Positions 26,063 to 39,802 of a stretch of 64,000 bases of DNA are shown here, in pieces (within the stretch, counting starts at the first letter, position 1; each line of letters starts with the position of its first letter). Below the pieces are notes generated by a model. That model did not search any database, had not been told where the DNA came from, and saw nothing but the letters and a program-made list of their open reading frames with translations. The position numbers and the translations under genes are program-made. This stretch comes from Psilocybe cubensis (taxonomy: Eukaryota): the NCBI GenBank assembly GCA_017499595.2, contig CM039003.1, positions 3,410,001 through 3,474,000 on the forward strand, read 5' to 3'.

Positions 26063-27405
26063 ATGGCAGTAGATATCTCTGCTTTCCAAACCAAGGAAGA
26101 AGAACGTACAATTTCGAGCAGCATGAACTGCTCAATGATCCAGAATTTTCTGATAGGTGAGGACATATGCTGTCTCCCCGGAGTTGGATTCGATAATTGA
26201 CACATGCCAGGGATATACACCGTAGTGTATGTTGCAACACTTCATGTATACCGTGCGTCACACTTTGGCTACACTGCAATCAACTTATAACACGACACAA
26301 AGTGTCCAAAAAGCAAGGGAGTGTGGGTAAAAATGTGGTATTGGCGTCAATCACCACATTATACCTCCTCTCCATAATCAGTTTCGGTGCGGGTTGGTAT
26401 GGTTTAAACTGGTCCCTGGTTACCCAGGGAGGAACACGCAACTCTACCTTCTTGGCAACGAGTTACGGTCGAGGCATCTGGTTCTCGGTCTTGGACGACC
26501 TTACCTATTCGCTCCCTTTCGTTATATCTGACGGACTCTTGGTTAGCATCTTTTTAAGTGTCCTTGAGGGTACTTCCACTAAGCTTTAGGTAGATATGGA
26601 GATGCCACCACGTTTGGGGGCGTTCCTTCAAAATGACATCTATTCTATGCCTACTACTATCCGTTGAAGCTGGTATAAGTTAAAGTATCTATATATGTGT
26701 TGAGTAATATTGACATTTTAATCTCTAGCCCTTGCCGTCTCAGTAATAATACTCGATACATTGTTCCGGAACGTTATATCTCCAGCACTAGCCGAGCGCA
26801 TCAACTCTGTTACTCTTGCTTTCTCATTCATGTCTTTTGCTATCACAACCATCGCAACGTTTCTGATCGGATACCGGATCTACAGTACCTCCAGGAATAA
26901 TATGGCTCTAAGGGCCAAAAAACGATACACACGAATCATTGTTCTCATTGTCGAATCCTCGGCTACATATTCATTTCTATTGCTCCTTTTTGCAATATCG
27001 TCCGTTGTACCGGCTTTAGGACAGCCCAATTTTCCTGCGGGAAATTTTTATACATATGTGGAGGCGTTCTTAGGTGTTGCATCGGTGAGTAATATGATAT
27101 GCATCTATTTTATTATTATTTTACACAGAATATAGTACCTGACAATTTAATCAACTCAGGGATTGGTGCCAACAGTTATGGTCTTCATGCTCGCGATTAA
27201 AGAGGAGAACACAGATTCTGAGATATCCAACGTGACCGCAGATGTATCAGATTTGAACTTTAATCATCGCCAAGCAGGTCATGAGTCCAAGAGCCCTGGG
27301 ACTGAGACAACTAATTCAGCATTGAATACGACGATGGGGAACGAGAACCGTAGATCTCAGGATGTTAATTTCCAGGATCCCGTGAACGAAAGGAAATGTG
27401 ATTGA
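26063..27405 (+). CDS. Orphan 7TM-like membrane protein, 'IWRC..IVES' family, 6 exons
   Basis: MAVDISAF..NCSMIQNFLI|GIYTVV..|..ISDGLL|IWRCHHVWGRS..|..LIGYRIYS..RYTRIIVLIVESSATYS..|GLVPTVMV..RKCD*; about 300 bp of upstream sequence is also homologous to 18300-18620. Confidence 0.85.
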
Positions 27406-27969
27406 TTGCATCCCGGTTTGCTAGAATCGAATTGTTTCCCTTATACACTCGTAGCTCAATAAAACACAGCGTGTTAGTGTATTTTGTAGTGACTGAAGAT
27501 CAGAGGAATATGTACAAGCGCAATAAAATGGTGACCAGTGTCAATGGTTGGATCTTGCGCCCTGCATTCAATATTCTGTAAAGAATTGATTGGTCCGAGT
27601 ATCCGTGCATACCTATCATACAAGTGTTGTCCTAGCCCCTTCATATTTGAATCAGTACTAGTGTCTTCGACCCAGATGTAGAGTACAGAACGCACACAGC
27701 AGATAGAAGAAACGACGGCAGACAGCAGACAGAAGACAAGAGCCACCAACAGAGTATTGTTTATGTGCCATTCCCTTGCAAGATGAAGTGTGCTCTTACA
27801 GAATTTCAATACTTTGCATATCACAGAAACATTCAAGGCATGCGTATATGGTCGATGTCGTTGAACGTTTGCCCTGCGGAACGAATCGGGTGCTTTGTCA
27901 GCCGGTGATGTCCAAAGCCTTTCATGTTGCACCGACTGCACCGACTGCCTCCTTCCAACTCACTCAAAC

Positions 27970-29795
27970 ATTCCTTCTGCTCATCTTTGCAATATCGGAA
28001 CATTTTATACTTATGTGAATGCGCTTTTATCCGTTGCAACTGTGAGTAAGACTATTCATATTTATCTTTACCGTTGCTCACAGGGTGTGTTTAATTTACT
28101 TGTAAAGTGGGCCGTTGCTACGCACGGCAGATACGAGTCCTTGTGATCAATTCCTTTGGAATTTATAAGAAATGTATTTTAGGAGGGGCTTCATCCAGTA
28201 AACTATAATATTGTAATAGTTTCATCTGACTTGAAGACAAAGACTGGACTGAAAAGAATGAAATCACTAATGTTCAAGTTGTCCTATTGTAGATAAGCTG
28301 CATAAGTAAGTAAGCCATGAATGCAAGGGTAATGAACAACTGTGAATTTCTTAGGTCTACATAAATAAGTAGGCCTTTAATGATATGGTCATGAATAACC
28401 ATTTAGTTGTTGTAGGTAACTAAGTAGGCCATACAATGCTGGAGCAACAAGAAACCTTTGAAAATTCAAACAGATTTTGATTGATGTCGAGTGGCAAGAT
28501 ATTTAAAGTTCCGACTTCTTTGCCGAGCCATTGCCGGCTCAAAAAGCGTTTCATTCCCTGCCAAAAGCTAATCTCGGCTCCAGATGTTCGGGAGAGCTCC
28601 GGCGGAGAATGAAAGCGGAGTCAAAAATTCTGACGAAAACCGTTGCAAATCGCTCTCCATAACATCTGGTGCAATTGCATCAGTAAAGATGCGGACAGCC
28701 CCTGTTGTCACATCAGTCACATCTCGCCTCCCGCTTTCATCGCTCAATCAATGCTCCTCATACTCCCCGTTCTCCTTGTTAATGGACAATTTACTCACCA
28801 ATACTCCCTCTTAGGATTACTGGATGACAATAAATACAATATTATTTGATTTCAGAGCAATCTAATTATACTAGCCTTATCTTGCATCCACCCCTAACTG
28901 ACAATTATTCAAGGAGTGTGCATTGTGAATTCGCAGAGTGAATACCCGCCCTGATAATGCTGTAACATCATACCTTTGCTTTCTGTCTCAATGCTACTGT
29001 CCCATTCTGCCTAAGTATGTTAGATCTTCACACTCAACACTTCAAGTTGCCTGTACACGGGCTAGAGCCATCAAAGTCTTCCAGCGGGAATTTTCTGACA
29101 TTTTTGCCGGCAACAGGGCACTTTTACATACTTGAGATTATAAACATGGTAAAATGAAATCTTTAAACGAAGAGACCTGTTGTCTTTTGACCATAAAACT
29201 TGACTTAGATGGCGTCGAGTCGATGTGTGAGCACCCGCGTGACATGTCCGCATCTTTACTGATGCAATTGCACCAGACGTTATAGGGCACATCTCTACGA
29301 TCAAATTTTGCAGAATTTTTGACTCCGACTTTGATCTCCGCTTATTAGTCCCGGGTCTCTCGCAGGAGTGGAGATCGTGCCCTATAACGGATGGGAACGA
29401 GACTAGCCAAAAGCCTGGATTGACAGGCTTTTTGACAGCAACTGAAATTTAAACACCGACCTTGAGCTGATCGATCGCCGGCCAATCAAAACAGCGATTC
29501 TCGCGCATGTGAACGGCCAAAATCGCTCATTCAATCGCTGATCAAACCTTGCCGATTGATCGCCGGCTCATTAAGCGTTTCACGATTTCGGATATACGTC
29601 GAGTTCGATATAAAAACGATTCCTCCAAGGGAGGACTCGTAATCTGACGATGTAATTGACCCAGGGAATGGTGCCAATCCAGCAGTCTACATACATCTGC
29701 CTCAGCTTCGAATCCAACGACTGGAACCGAGAATTCTAGGTATCAGGATGATAGATAATTTGCAGGATTCTGTGAATGAAAAGTAATCTGATTGA
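27970..29795 (+). pseudogene. 3' remnant of a further 'IWRC..IVES' gene, split by a ~1.5-kb insertion in its last intron
   Basis: 27970-28095 matches the end of the penultimate exon plus gtgagt donor; 29640-29795 matches the acceptor, ggaatggtgccaa and the gene end (caggatt..gtgaa.gaaa..tgattga); taat at both junctions. Confidence 0.7.
28603..29340. repeat. Inverted repeat pair inside the insertion (probable transposon ends)
   Basis: ataacatctggtgcaattgcatcagtaaagatgcggaca (28659-28697) vs revcomp of 29245-29283, one mismatch in 39 bp; cggagtcaaaaattctg also shared further out. Confidence 0.75.
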
Positions 29796-30159
29796 TGTAT
29801 GTTAGTAAATGTTGGCTGTCTTCCAATTGATTTTGATCCCGCTTTGATTGTATTTTCTTCTCACTACTACACCACCTCCATGTGATTTGGTGCGTGGTAT
29901 TCAGGTCAGAGTTCCCATGGTTTACATGCAGTCAAGAAATGACTTTGTTCCTCATAATATTTATATCTGATTATTCCTCTCTCACTGTCAACAAGCTTTG
30001 TAAGTGAGTACTTAACGACAACCGTTGAGACAATGAATGACGATCAAGAGAACTTGGTAATTTATAAGTTATTGATAACTAAATATCCTTCTACGCAAAT
30101 GTCCATGAAGTTGAAATATTACTACCCACCGAAACGTTTAAAAACGGCAATATGCGCAA

Positions 30160-32269
30160 CTACGCCCCGCCATCCCCTTTGCTTAACATCGACTGGCGCC
30201 CATAATCGCCCACCGACGCGCCGTTAAAAGCGATCGCGCTCACTTCGGTCCCTTTGGGCTTCGCACGTATCCCAGTGCCGATTCCTATACCTGTTCCAGT
30301 ACGGAAGTGCGCGCTGATTATATCGGTCGTGGGTACCGTTCCGTTGCGGATTGACGCGCGCCTGTTGAGAGAGGCGAGGAGGGCGTTGGTGTATACTTTA
30401 TTGTTATATGGGAATTATAGGGGCATCAGAGGGTTAGCTCGGACATGGTGGTGGGTTATGCAAAGTCGGGTGGATAGTGCTTACCGTTGCCTAGTGTGTT
30501 GATTACTCCAACGTACACCATCGTCCGTCTGAATGTTAACGCCTGTAAACATATTTATATCCGAGTCAGTTATGTATCTCACATTGCAGGTAGAGGTGGA
30601 ATGATAGGAGTATGGGTATAGTGACCCGTTTATAACTTACCAATATCAAGCCGACGAGGGAGGTGAAGCTTGTTAATAGCCCGGTGGTAAGTGTGTATCC
30701 GATAAGCGTTTTAATCATCGAAGTTGTTCGGTCACTATACGCGATTTTCGTTTGTCAGCAACGTGTAAGTGGGTTGGAAGTTTTTTGGTGTTATTGGAGG
30801 GTGTTTGGGTATGAGTGTGAGTGTGAGTGGATGTGCGTACCGGGTTACCACCGTGCGTGAGCGCTTGTTCCACAGGAGCACGCATACCGTTACGGATATG
30901 ATCAGATCTGCGATGAATAGGCAGGCGATTATGCCGTACACAGGGGACTATACGGGGGTCGGTCCAGGAGGCATAGGTATGTTTGCGTGCAATGGGAGAT
31001 GGAAATGGGAGACGTACTGTGAGATTGAAGTATTCTAGCCAGCTCTTTCCGATCCTGTACAGCGTGTTGAATCAGTGTTGTAGTGAGAGCGAGGAATTGT
31101 GAAACGTGCATTTTGATTCCAAAGTCTGTGTTTTTGTATGCTTTAGTGAGATAGAATTGGTATGATTGAGAACGAATGCCACGTACATAACGCTCCAGCC
31201 GATGGTCCAAGGCTAAAGACCACCTTTTTTAAATCAAAAGTTAACAATGTGAGGTAGCGAGACGATGTATATGGTAAAGCCAGAGCTCACCGCGAGTCCA
31301 GTCAAAATGGGATGTTTATCGCTCACTTGTAAGTTGTAGAAGTATAGTCAGTTGAAATATCACACTGTGTAGGCTGTGCTGCGTACGTCGCCAGATGCGG
31401 ATGCAGTAGAATCTGCGATGGGGGATTTTGAGTCAGTTTGAGCGTTGGGTTTTTGGATGGGATGTTTGAGCGCGATTACCCTCTGACGGAGATATCGGTG
31501 AACGGCTGTATGGGTTTTCGTTAGCAGTGCAAGGAAGGGTTGGAGGGGAAGGAAGACGTGCCATCATCCAATATGTTAGCTTATACACAATCCACCGCAA
31601 TAGAGATTAGAATTCCTGCATAAGTGGGATAGATTAAACTTTGTGCGTACCACCAATGTCCTAATAGAAATCAGTGATTTTAGTGACGCATATGATGATA
31701 GATGTGCATCATGATTAAGCTCACCATGGTTGTTGTTCGAGGGCAAAACCGAACGACGTAGAGCTCCAGAGAATCTGCGAGATAAGATCCATCATCCCAA
31801 TCGCGCCGAATAGAGCATGGAGTGTGTTCAGCAGCCTTCATTTACATTTCCCATATTGAGACAATTTCAATTTGACGTTTACGAAGGACGTACCAGAGGA
31901 TGAAGACCTGTTGTATATTGTGGATCCCCGCACGGAGTGGATGTTGGTTAGGACACTGTTGGGTTGAGAAGTGGTAGAGAGCAGGTACCGTTATACGGAG
32001 AACTAGCGGATCTTGTTCAGATTTACGGAAGTAGGCTGCTGTCTGATACGTGGTGAGCCCGTACAGGCTAGCATAAACGCAAAAGTATCAGACACATTGC
32101 AGCGATAACCCATCCGAGTTGCATACGGACGGGTGAGGGAAATGTGGTGTGCGTGGAATCTGGAATCTGGATCGGGTGCTTACATGGCAGACATGTAGAT
32201 CCCGATGAACAGGCCGTTTAGCGACTTTTGCACTCTCTCCGCTTGTCCTGTGTCATCGAACCGGTCCAT
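30160..32269 (-). CDS. DUF6534-like multi-pass membrane protein, 'FDD' subfamily, multi-exon
   Basis: MDRFDDTGQAERVQKSLNGLFIGIY / LYGLTTYQTAAYFRKSEQDPL / VFILW microexon / ADLIISVTVCVLLWNKR / TTSMIKTLIGYTLTTGLLTS / YTNALLASLNRR..KGDGGA*. Confidence 0.85.
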
Positions 32270-32378
32270 GTGTCAGTCAGTGCTAAGGAAAGTGAGTGAG
32301 AGGGATGAAGTGGAGGAGGTTGTAACTGTCATTTGTAGTTTTGTTAGGGTATATATATATATATACATAATTTAAATG

Positions 32379-32525
32379 AAGAGCCTATATTGATCGCCGC
32401 TCAGTAAACATTCAAACTTGCGTGGCCCTGGAACGTCATTCAGGGTCTCTGAAGGTGTTTGGATCGGACAAGTGCAATATAATTGATATTTTGCTATTGC
32501 ATGGCGTTTACGTATGTTAGTATAT
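32379..32525 (-). promoter_or_regulatory. Conserved upstream motifs shared with the 50699 paralog
   Basis: aagagc..ttgatcgccg, ggaca.gtg, gctatt and gtttacgta.gtt.gtat occur in the same order at 32379-32525 and 50804-50895, just beyond a TA-rich TATA region. Confidence 0.45.
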
Positions 32526-34287
32526 AGACTATAAAAATAGGTGTAGGCTGGATACTAACTAGCACAGGAAATGTCCATTCCGCTATTGAAATCCGTTGCT
32601 AGTTGACCTGCATCTGGACGTTGACATATTCGCTTCGAACTTTTTCCCCTGCTCACATTCGAAAGTGTATAAAACCATGTGGTCAACTTGAGTTGTGCCG
32701 ATATGGTATGAGTATTCAGTCATTCATTTTCCCGCCCTGATTTGCCTTGGATTTGCCCACAATGATGGTTGTTTAGAGTTTAAAGTACAAGCGCTAGAAG
32801 GTAGCCCAGATGTTTTAAGTAGAACAAATTGTTGAAATATTGAATACCGACGTCATGCCAACGCATTGTGATATACCGTTCTGTAGTAAAAAGCGTGTGG
32901 AAATCTCTTTGGTTTCTGGGAGTTACCAAGCTACAATACAGACCTGTCCGTGTTGTTCAAAAGAGCGCGCACCGCGATGGAATTCTGTGCTGTGATGGCG
33001 GCATCCTAATATGGAATGCCGAAATGCTTCGGCATTGGCGTGGAGGAACAAGTGACATATTTTTCGATCTCGTTCCACGACATAGGTATATAGTATTTAC
33101 TATCATGTGTATGGACTACTTTCTGGAATATAATGAGTAGATGTAGAGTAGATATAACGATAGCTTACCTTGAATAGACAGTGTTTGTGTGCCGGAACTC
33201 ATAAATCTCACGCCAGTCATAGGCTGACAAATCCGTCGGGAGCTGCCGAGGGCGCCTTCTTTTCTACTCGTCTTACGTGCCAGGATGGTTTCCCCTCTGA
33301 ATTGCTTGCTCCAGCAGAACCCCGCTTATTTCATGCATCACTTATCATCTCCGTTATCTATTTTCGACAGTTGAAGACCAGCCTCATTCCCGGTCCCGCC
33401 TCCTAGCAGCAGCGGGGCACCCCAGCAGCGCAGATTCACCACGAATGTCGCATTACGATCCATCCACCACCCTCAAGTAATGCAACCTCCATCCTTGCCG
33501 TCCCTGCACTAACCATAAACCCTCCATGTAGTTATTCCATTACGGCGGTGGTGCTGTCTGCTCACTCGACCTCTCGAAAATATACGATCAATGCACTTGG
33601 CACGCCACCCTCCTCCTCTTTCTCCCCTTCCTTTTCCTCCCCTTTCCCTTCCTCCTCCTTGGCATCATCATCATCATCGCCAGCGCTTTCCCACCACTAT
33701 CACCTCGCCATCCACCCTCCTGATCCCGTACATTTCAATGCTCTACAACCCTTCGCATCGGTTCTTCCTCCTGGGTGCGCTACAAGTGTTGGACACGGTC
33801 AATGGTATGGATAATGGGTAGAGGTCCGGGAATGTGTGTCATAGCACAGCACATGTGCTGGAGCTGCAAGTTTGAATACCGCTCTTGATGCTCATAAGAT
33901 TGAGTATTGCAGATGTTGTCAGTGTCAGCAGTTACGCATTATATGCGCGCAGTCGTTCAAACTTTCTCGGTTGACCTTTCGAAGCGCAAGGTTGAAGACA
34001 CACGCTGAATGATGATTTTATCACTTGCCTCTGTCGTAACAAAGAGATTCCACTGGATGGACGGGTGAGCTTTCCACTTGGAAATTTTGACGGTGAACTT
34101 AGGCGACGTAATTGTGGTTATACTAGATGGTAGTATCAACACGTCGTATCACCCGACGGCAAACTACCATTCACCCAGATTGAATTCCAGTGCCCTGATT
34201 CAGCTATAGCAATCTACAAAAAAATCAAGTCAATACCTAATAAAACTTTTCGTGCCAGTTAAGCCGCTGCAAGGTGCGCTTATGTAC

Positions 34288-34629
34288 CTAAGATGACATC
34301 GTCCACCTTCCCATTCCTTTCCGGCTGACAGCAGGCGACAAAGGCCACTCCAACCGGCCATCAAACGTCACCCCTCCAAGACTCCCAGCCATCTTGAACT
34401 TGGCATCGTGCACCCCAAGCGCGCAGGTGAACTCGGTGGTCTTGAATATCTCGTCCTGGGACTCGTACACCAGTGTCGCGTTGGGACAGACGAAGTCGGG
34501 TGTGGGCGCAGGCTCGGGCCCGGTGAACTCGCCGATGAAACGGACGCGGGTGTTGGTTTCTATGAGGGTGAACAGCGCGACGAGGCGGTGGTCGACGTAC
34601 ATGACGGTTCCGGTGGCGAAGAGAGGCAT
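34288..34629 (-). CDS. Small intronless beta-rich cytoplasmic protein, 113 aa (paralog 1 of 3)
   Basis: Full ORF with GC3-biased codons; TATAAAA ~170 bp upstream; end-to-end similarity to 44202-44522 and 45257-45577. Confidence 0.85.
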   Translation of the reverse strand: MPLFATGTVMYVDHRLVALFTLIETNTRVRFIGEFTGPEPAPTPDFVCPNATLVYESQDEIFKTTEFTCALGVHDAKFKMAGSLGGVTFDGRLEWPLSPAVSRKGMGRWTMSS

Positions 34630-35778
34630 TGTGTGTGTGTGTGAGGCTTGTGTGTGAGTTAGATCGAGTTTCTGGCGAATGGGAGGTTAGGGTGAGGTTG
34701 CTTTTGATGGGTTTAGGCGGTTCTGCTTACTGGTTTGGTGAGTGAAGCTAGAGGTGCTGGTTCTGGATTTTGGGGTATGGGGTTGGGGACGCTTTTATAC
34801 CTTTGGTGGTAGCTGCTATGGGTCTACTGGTAGGAGCGACACCCGAATAGAAACTGAGAGCTTGAGCGCACTGCACAACGTTACTCGGTTGGTCATTCTC
34901 TTATGCTCCTCAGCCGACCAATTATCAGAGATAAAAATAACGATGTGTGTGTTGAATCATTCATATCGACCTGCAATGAAGGTGCTGAGATATCACTTTA
35001 ACCACATTTTTTTCTAGATGCCTTCACTGCATAGGCGTGCGATGATTCTATCCTGGATTTATTACCTTCCCACCGCATATTGACCCACATTTGATGTCTC
35101 TGTGAAGGCAGCACGTTTGGTTAAGACGGAATGGAACATCCCCCGAAAGACGATGGTGCGGAGGATCCCACGACACAATAATGACTTCATGAGAGTAGTG
35201 GCGTCAAAGCGATATATCCATTGTCCACCCTAGTTCACTTTACATGCGTGGATCATGTGCACCGCTAGCTATAGGCTGATGGCTGCTGTTCGCATTCCAT
35301 CGGTATAGCTTGGGTTATTGTTGTGGTTGGTAGAATACCGCCGGTGTAGTAGAAGAGCCGGTCTGCTTTATTGCCTTTCCATCTGTAACCTTCATTCCAC
35401 AGACTCCAGAAGCTCCATCAGAGAACGACTGGCGTGCTCAAGTGGTAAGACACACCCTGTATTTTTTTGTAATCAGGCTACATGCTACATGCTACATCTG
35501 AATCTGCGTCTAAACTGTACTCGCACTATTCTCAACGCCCGTCCCAAGGGTACAATTTGTTCCCATCGCACATATGGTCGTCAACCAATAGTAAACACCG
35601 TTGTTTTTTTTTTTTTTCATTGTGATCAACTCATTTGGGAGCTTAAATCCGACGTATTCAAAATACGAAAATTACAGCATCTGATTGCCAACAATTGACT
35701 GCCTATGATCAACTGCAGTCACTTGAGTCCTCTGTCGACTTCACGCAGTATTGATTCCAAGTAAAGGTAAGGAAGATT

Positions 35779-36507
35779 TATGACACGATTTTCCGTTGAA
35801 AAAGCGAACATTGAGAAATAGAGTTGTACTTACTAGTTTTTGGCCTTTCTTTATGTTGTAGTGCTTACATTCTGAGTGTGCGAACAGCCTATTGCATGGC
35901 ATTCTGATAAAATTAGCAAAGACCGTGGTAAATTTAAACTTGTGTCGTGGTAAAGCTGTGGTCAAGTCGTGGTTTCATCAAAACCAATGGTGTACGTGTT
36001 GGTATTATCCTAGGGCGGTCTCTCTGAAGATGGGCTTCCGTAAAGCAGTTATTTCAACAGATTGTTAAGGGTGCAATTCTTCCAGAAAATCTGAAATTTA
36101 ACTGAGTTTATATTGGCCTATCACAGCAAAGCATAATTTGTCTTGCTGTGGGTGTTTACATAGATTATTTTGATGCAGAAGGAGCCGAGATAAGTTGGAA
36201 ACAAAAAAATTTGAGAAATAATTACAAAAGTTGTTTGAAAGTGAATAGGACTTGGTATAGGTTCATATAAACCGGGTATTACTGTATCATTGATAAGAAA
36301 ACCATTTGATACAGCAATGTAAGCCTAGGTCACAGTACGACCACACCAAAGTACGTTGTTCAACTAAGGGTGTATGTACTAATGATTAAGTACTTCATTA
36401 CGAAACCTGACACAAATGTACGTATCAAGGTTCTGAACTTTCTATTTTTGTACTGACCAAAATCTGAAGCCAGACACTTCGCATTTTCAACGGAAAATCG
36501 TGTCATA
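35779..36507. mobile_element. Non-autonomous TIR element (729 bp) with TATG..CATA ends and 6-bp TSD (IS3EU-like signature)
   Basis: TIR tatgacacgattttccgttgaaaa.gcgaa at both ends; exact TSD aagatt (35773-35778 and 36508-36513). Confidence 0.85.
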
Positions 36508-37532
36508 AAGATTGGGTGATGATTCTGAGATGGTCAATGGACCCGATGCTATGAGGTGAGTGAACTGAGACCCCACCGGACATTATAATCGGTGGACAAT
36601 GATAACGCAAGGCCAATGTTACTACTCTGACCAAATTAAATTTCCTGGGTCTGACTGCAGTCTTTTCTGGACAGTATAAGGCTCATAAAAATACATCACA
36701 AGCGGAGGTTATGATGTATAGAGAACTGGAGCACGGTCAGCAAAGTTGCGATTGCAATAATAGCTTGCTCTACTTAGACGGTATGTATATTAGGATGCCC
36801 CAGCATCAACCCCGTTGACCGAGATATTGTCTCCGCATCACTTGCTCGTTTGTGAAAATTCCCGTGAAACTCAGAGTTGTTTGCTCCACAATAGAGGTAT
36901 ATATATCCACCGATGAGAATGCCCTGTCCTGTCCTGGTAACTCACTATCCTGTTTGTTTATCGTTGTAAGAAAATATACTCGTTATTACGTGGTTTAATT
37001 TGGAAGCTCCGCCAAACCGTTTAAAAGGGCTTGGAAACAATTGAGCGGTTGGCGACTTCAATTTGTGCAGGTCTGGTTCCGGCCATATATGGGTGCTCAT
37101 CCCCATCAAATAAGTAGTCCATCTGGCACCCATTATTACTGTCGTATAAATAACCTGACTATAAATATTTTCCCATGAGGTTCCTTTGTGTACTTAACAA
37201 ATCGAACACATTAGCGTTTGGTGTAGTTCGTGAGAAAATATGAGCAGAAACTACACGGTGGGCCGTTAGCTCTGTACCCACCACACCAAAACAGTGCAAA
37301 GAACCGGAATCCATCTGCAATCTCCAGTTGATCCAATGTAACCTCGAGTGTATACTAAATATATTATATGTGCGTATTGCTTATATTTGGAAAGGCCTAT
37401 GGTTGATAAAACAATATTTATAATGTGAATGCATCATCATCATCACCATTCACCCACTCACCCACTGCGCTTACGCCGTTTGACCATTCACCATTTTTTC
37501 TGTGTGTCCATCTACTATACGACATAGGCGCA

Positions 37533-39802
37533 ATGGTTTTAAACTTGGATGACCCGTCGCTTCCTCGAAAGCTCACCCTTTCAATGCACGGGCTTTTTGC
37601 GGGAAATTATCTCACTGGCGTGTGTGTATTGCACTAAACTTACTTCCAATCCGTTCCGGTTCTCTTTGGCTATGCGATCTTGGAAGCGTCCCAGCACTGA
37701 CATTGGCTTAACTCTTCCAGGTTTTATGGTCTGACGACCCATCAGACCTTTATGTACTTCCGCGGATCCAAAGGCGACTCGTTGTTCACGCGCTTCCTTG
37801 CGAGTAATTTTTCCTTTTTCTTTCGGATTATATGGGGTGACGCGGACAATTGACAGGTTCTAGTTTTATGGTACGTATTCCTGCTTCATACGTCCTTTCC
37901 GACATCATGTATAATAGAATTAATGTCTACACTGACTTCTTTCTATAGGGTTTTTGACACGTTCCACTCCGTTTTATTAGCTATCGCGCTATTTGCATTT
38001 ACTAAGGAATCGATCAATAACCCGCTGAATATGATGACCAACGTCATTCCATGGTGCGTTCGTATCCGAGTCCTTAATTTCTTCCAGTGTACGACGTACA
38101 TATTATGATTACTAGGGAAATGTCGGTGCGTGTTCACAAGACTGGTTTATCCTTCGACAAGACACTCATAATCATCCTATCCCCTAATTGACGGGTCGTT
38201 GACAGATTTCGCTGATCATTATGGTGCGTCCGACTCTCCAGAGGCCTGTTTTCTGTATACATTCTGTGCCTAATTACATACTAATGATATACCATGTCGA
38301 TAGTCTCTCAGCGATTTGGCTGTGCGAGGGTGAGTTGTATTCTCAGTACGACCCTCCTCGATCTCTCTCCGCCGATCCTCTCCCAAAAGTCTCCCACACC
38401 TCCTATTTCTACTTTCCCTGATTCCGCTGTCTGACACCAGTGCTTGAATAGGTTCTACTGCTACCGAATCTGGAGACGTAAGCACACCTTGGGCTTTCCT
38501 TGTCCTACTGTAGTCTCAAACAGTGCACCTTTCCTTTCACCTAGTGAGCAAGCAAAATTTACTCCTGACAAGCGTCGCTGTACGTCTACATCCAGCATCC
38601 ACAACTTTCACTCTCATAAAATCGAAACTCATATGTGCCGCGATCAGACGATTTCCATCTTCTGCCCGTTTGTTGCGGGTATATGTGAGTCGTCTACGTT
38701 TTGTCCATATCAATGAATATGATGGGGTAAATCCGGTTTTGCAGATTCAGCATGTAAAACGTAAAGTGCTTCATCACCCTTTCCTTTGCTCTCACACTTA
38801 CCCCGTTGTAAATGTGTCCCTTTTCATCCATCAATCTCACAAAGGATTGGAATGACAGGCCTTCAGACTTTAGGTCTCGCTGTAAGCATCCCAGTCCCAT
38901 TCAAAGGATTAAATTCGTCTGACATCATCTGGGTTACGACGGTGCCAGACGGAGTTAGACATAGCAATCATCGCAATATGCGTCTCTGATTCGATTCTCA
39001 CTGGCTCGCTGTGCGTTCTACTTTGGAATAATAGGTCGGGTGTGAGAAGGTGGGAATATCACCCTTGGAATTGCATATTGGGTGATACTGAAACACCTTG
39101 AACTGTTGAAAAATACACGCAAATAATGTACAGGACGAATTCGTTGATCAGCACACTGATCCTGTATTCCGTCACATCGGGTTTGCTCCCAACACTCGTT
39201 GCAATCCTCAGTTTAATTCTGGTACGCATGTAACATCTAACAAGCACTCGCTCCGAAATTTGAGATCCACAGACTGACACTGGGAATTATTCAGTTGCTG
39301 ACTATGGAAGACACACTAGCGTACGGAGGCGCGTTTTATATACTGAACAAATGTACGTCTTTGCCCCGTTTCTCCTTCCCTGCGTGTATTCACTTGAAAT
39401 ATAATATACTTACACTGGTCCGCTTTTTATTCTGCGTATCAGTATACTTCAGCTCGCTCCTCGCAACGCTTAATCGCCGTGAAATGCTCCGTGCGCAAAT
39501 GCACGCCCCCACAGGCGGGATGATTTCCATCTCCTTCGGTACAAATACGAACACGCGCGCTGGGGAGGGGTTGAGTGTGGCTATGGATACGTTGGGAAAT
39601 GAGGGGGATACGGGTACTATGTCGGAGATACGGACGAAGACGGAGATGAAGACGATGGGCGATCCGGTTTCTGCGGTTTACAATAGCGCTGATCAAGCGC
39701 AAGCGGTATGTTTTTTTATTTATCATTTTGGATTTGGCGCTAATTACTTTAATGGTATTTAAGGGATTTTTTGAGATTAAAGTGGAGAGGCACGTTATAT
39801 AA
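37533..39802 (+). CDS. DUF6534-like multi-pass membrane protein, 'LDDP' subfamily
   Basis: MVLNLDDPSLPRKL..HGLFAGNYLTG / FYGLTTHQTFMYF / FYCYRIWR / DSILTGSLCVLLWNNR / YFSSLLATLNRRE..; same exon structure as 12935 gene; ends KVERHVI*. Confidence 0.85.

Noticed and set aside
4077-27910. Recurring ~30-bp motif as a CRISPR-like array
   Set aside because: Copies are kilobases apart, degenerate and embedded in longer homologous segments; eukaryotic context with no cas genes.
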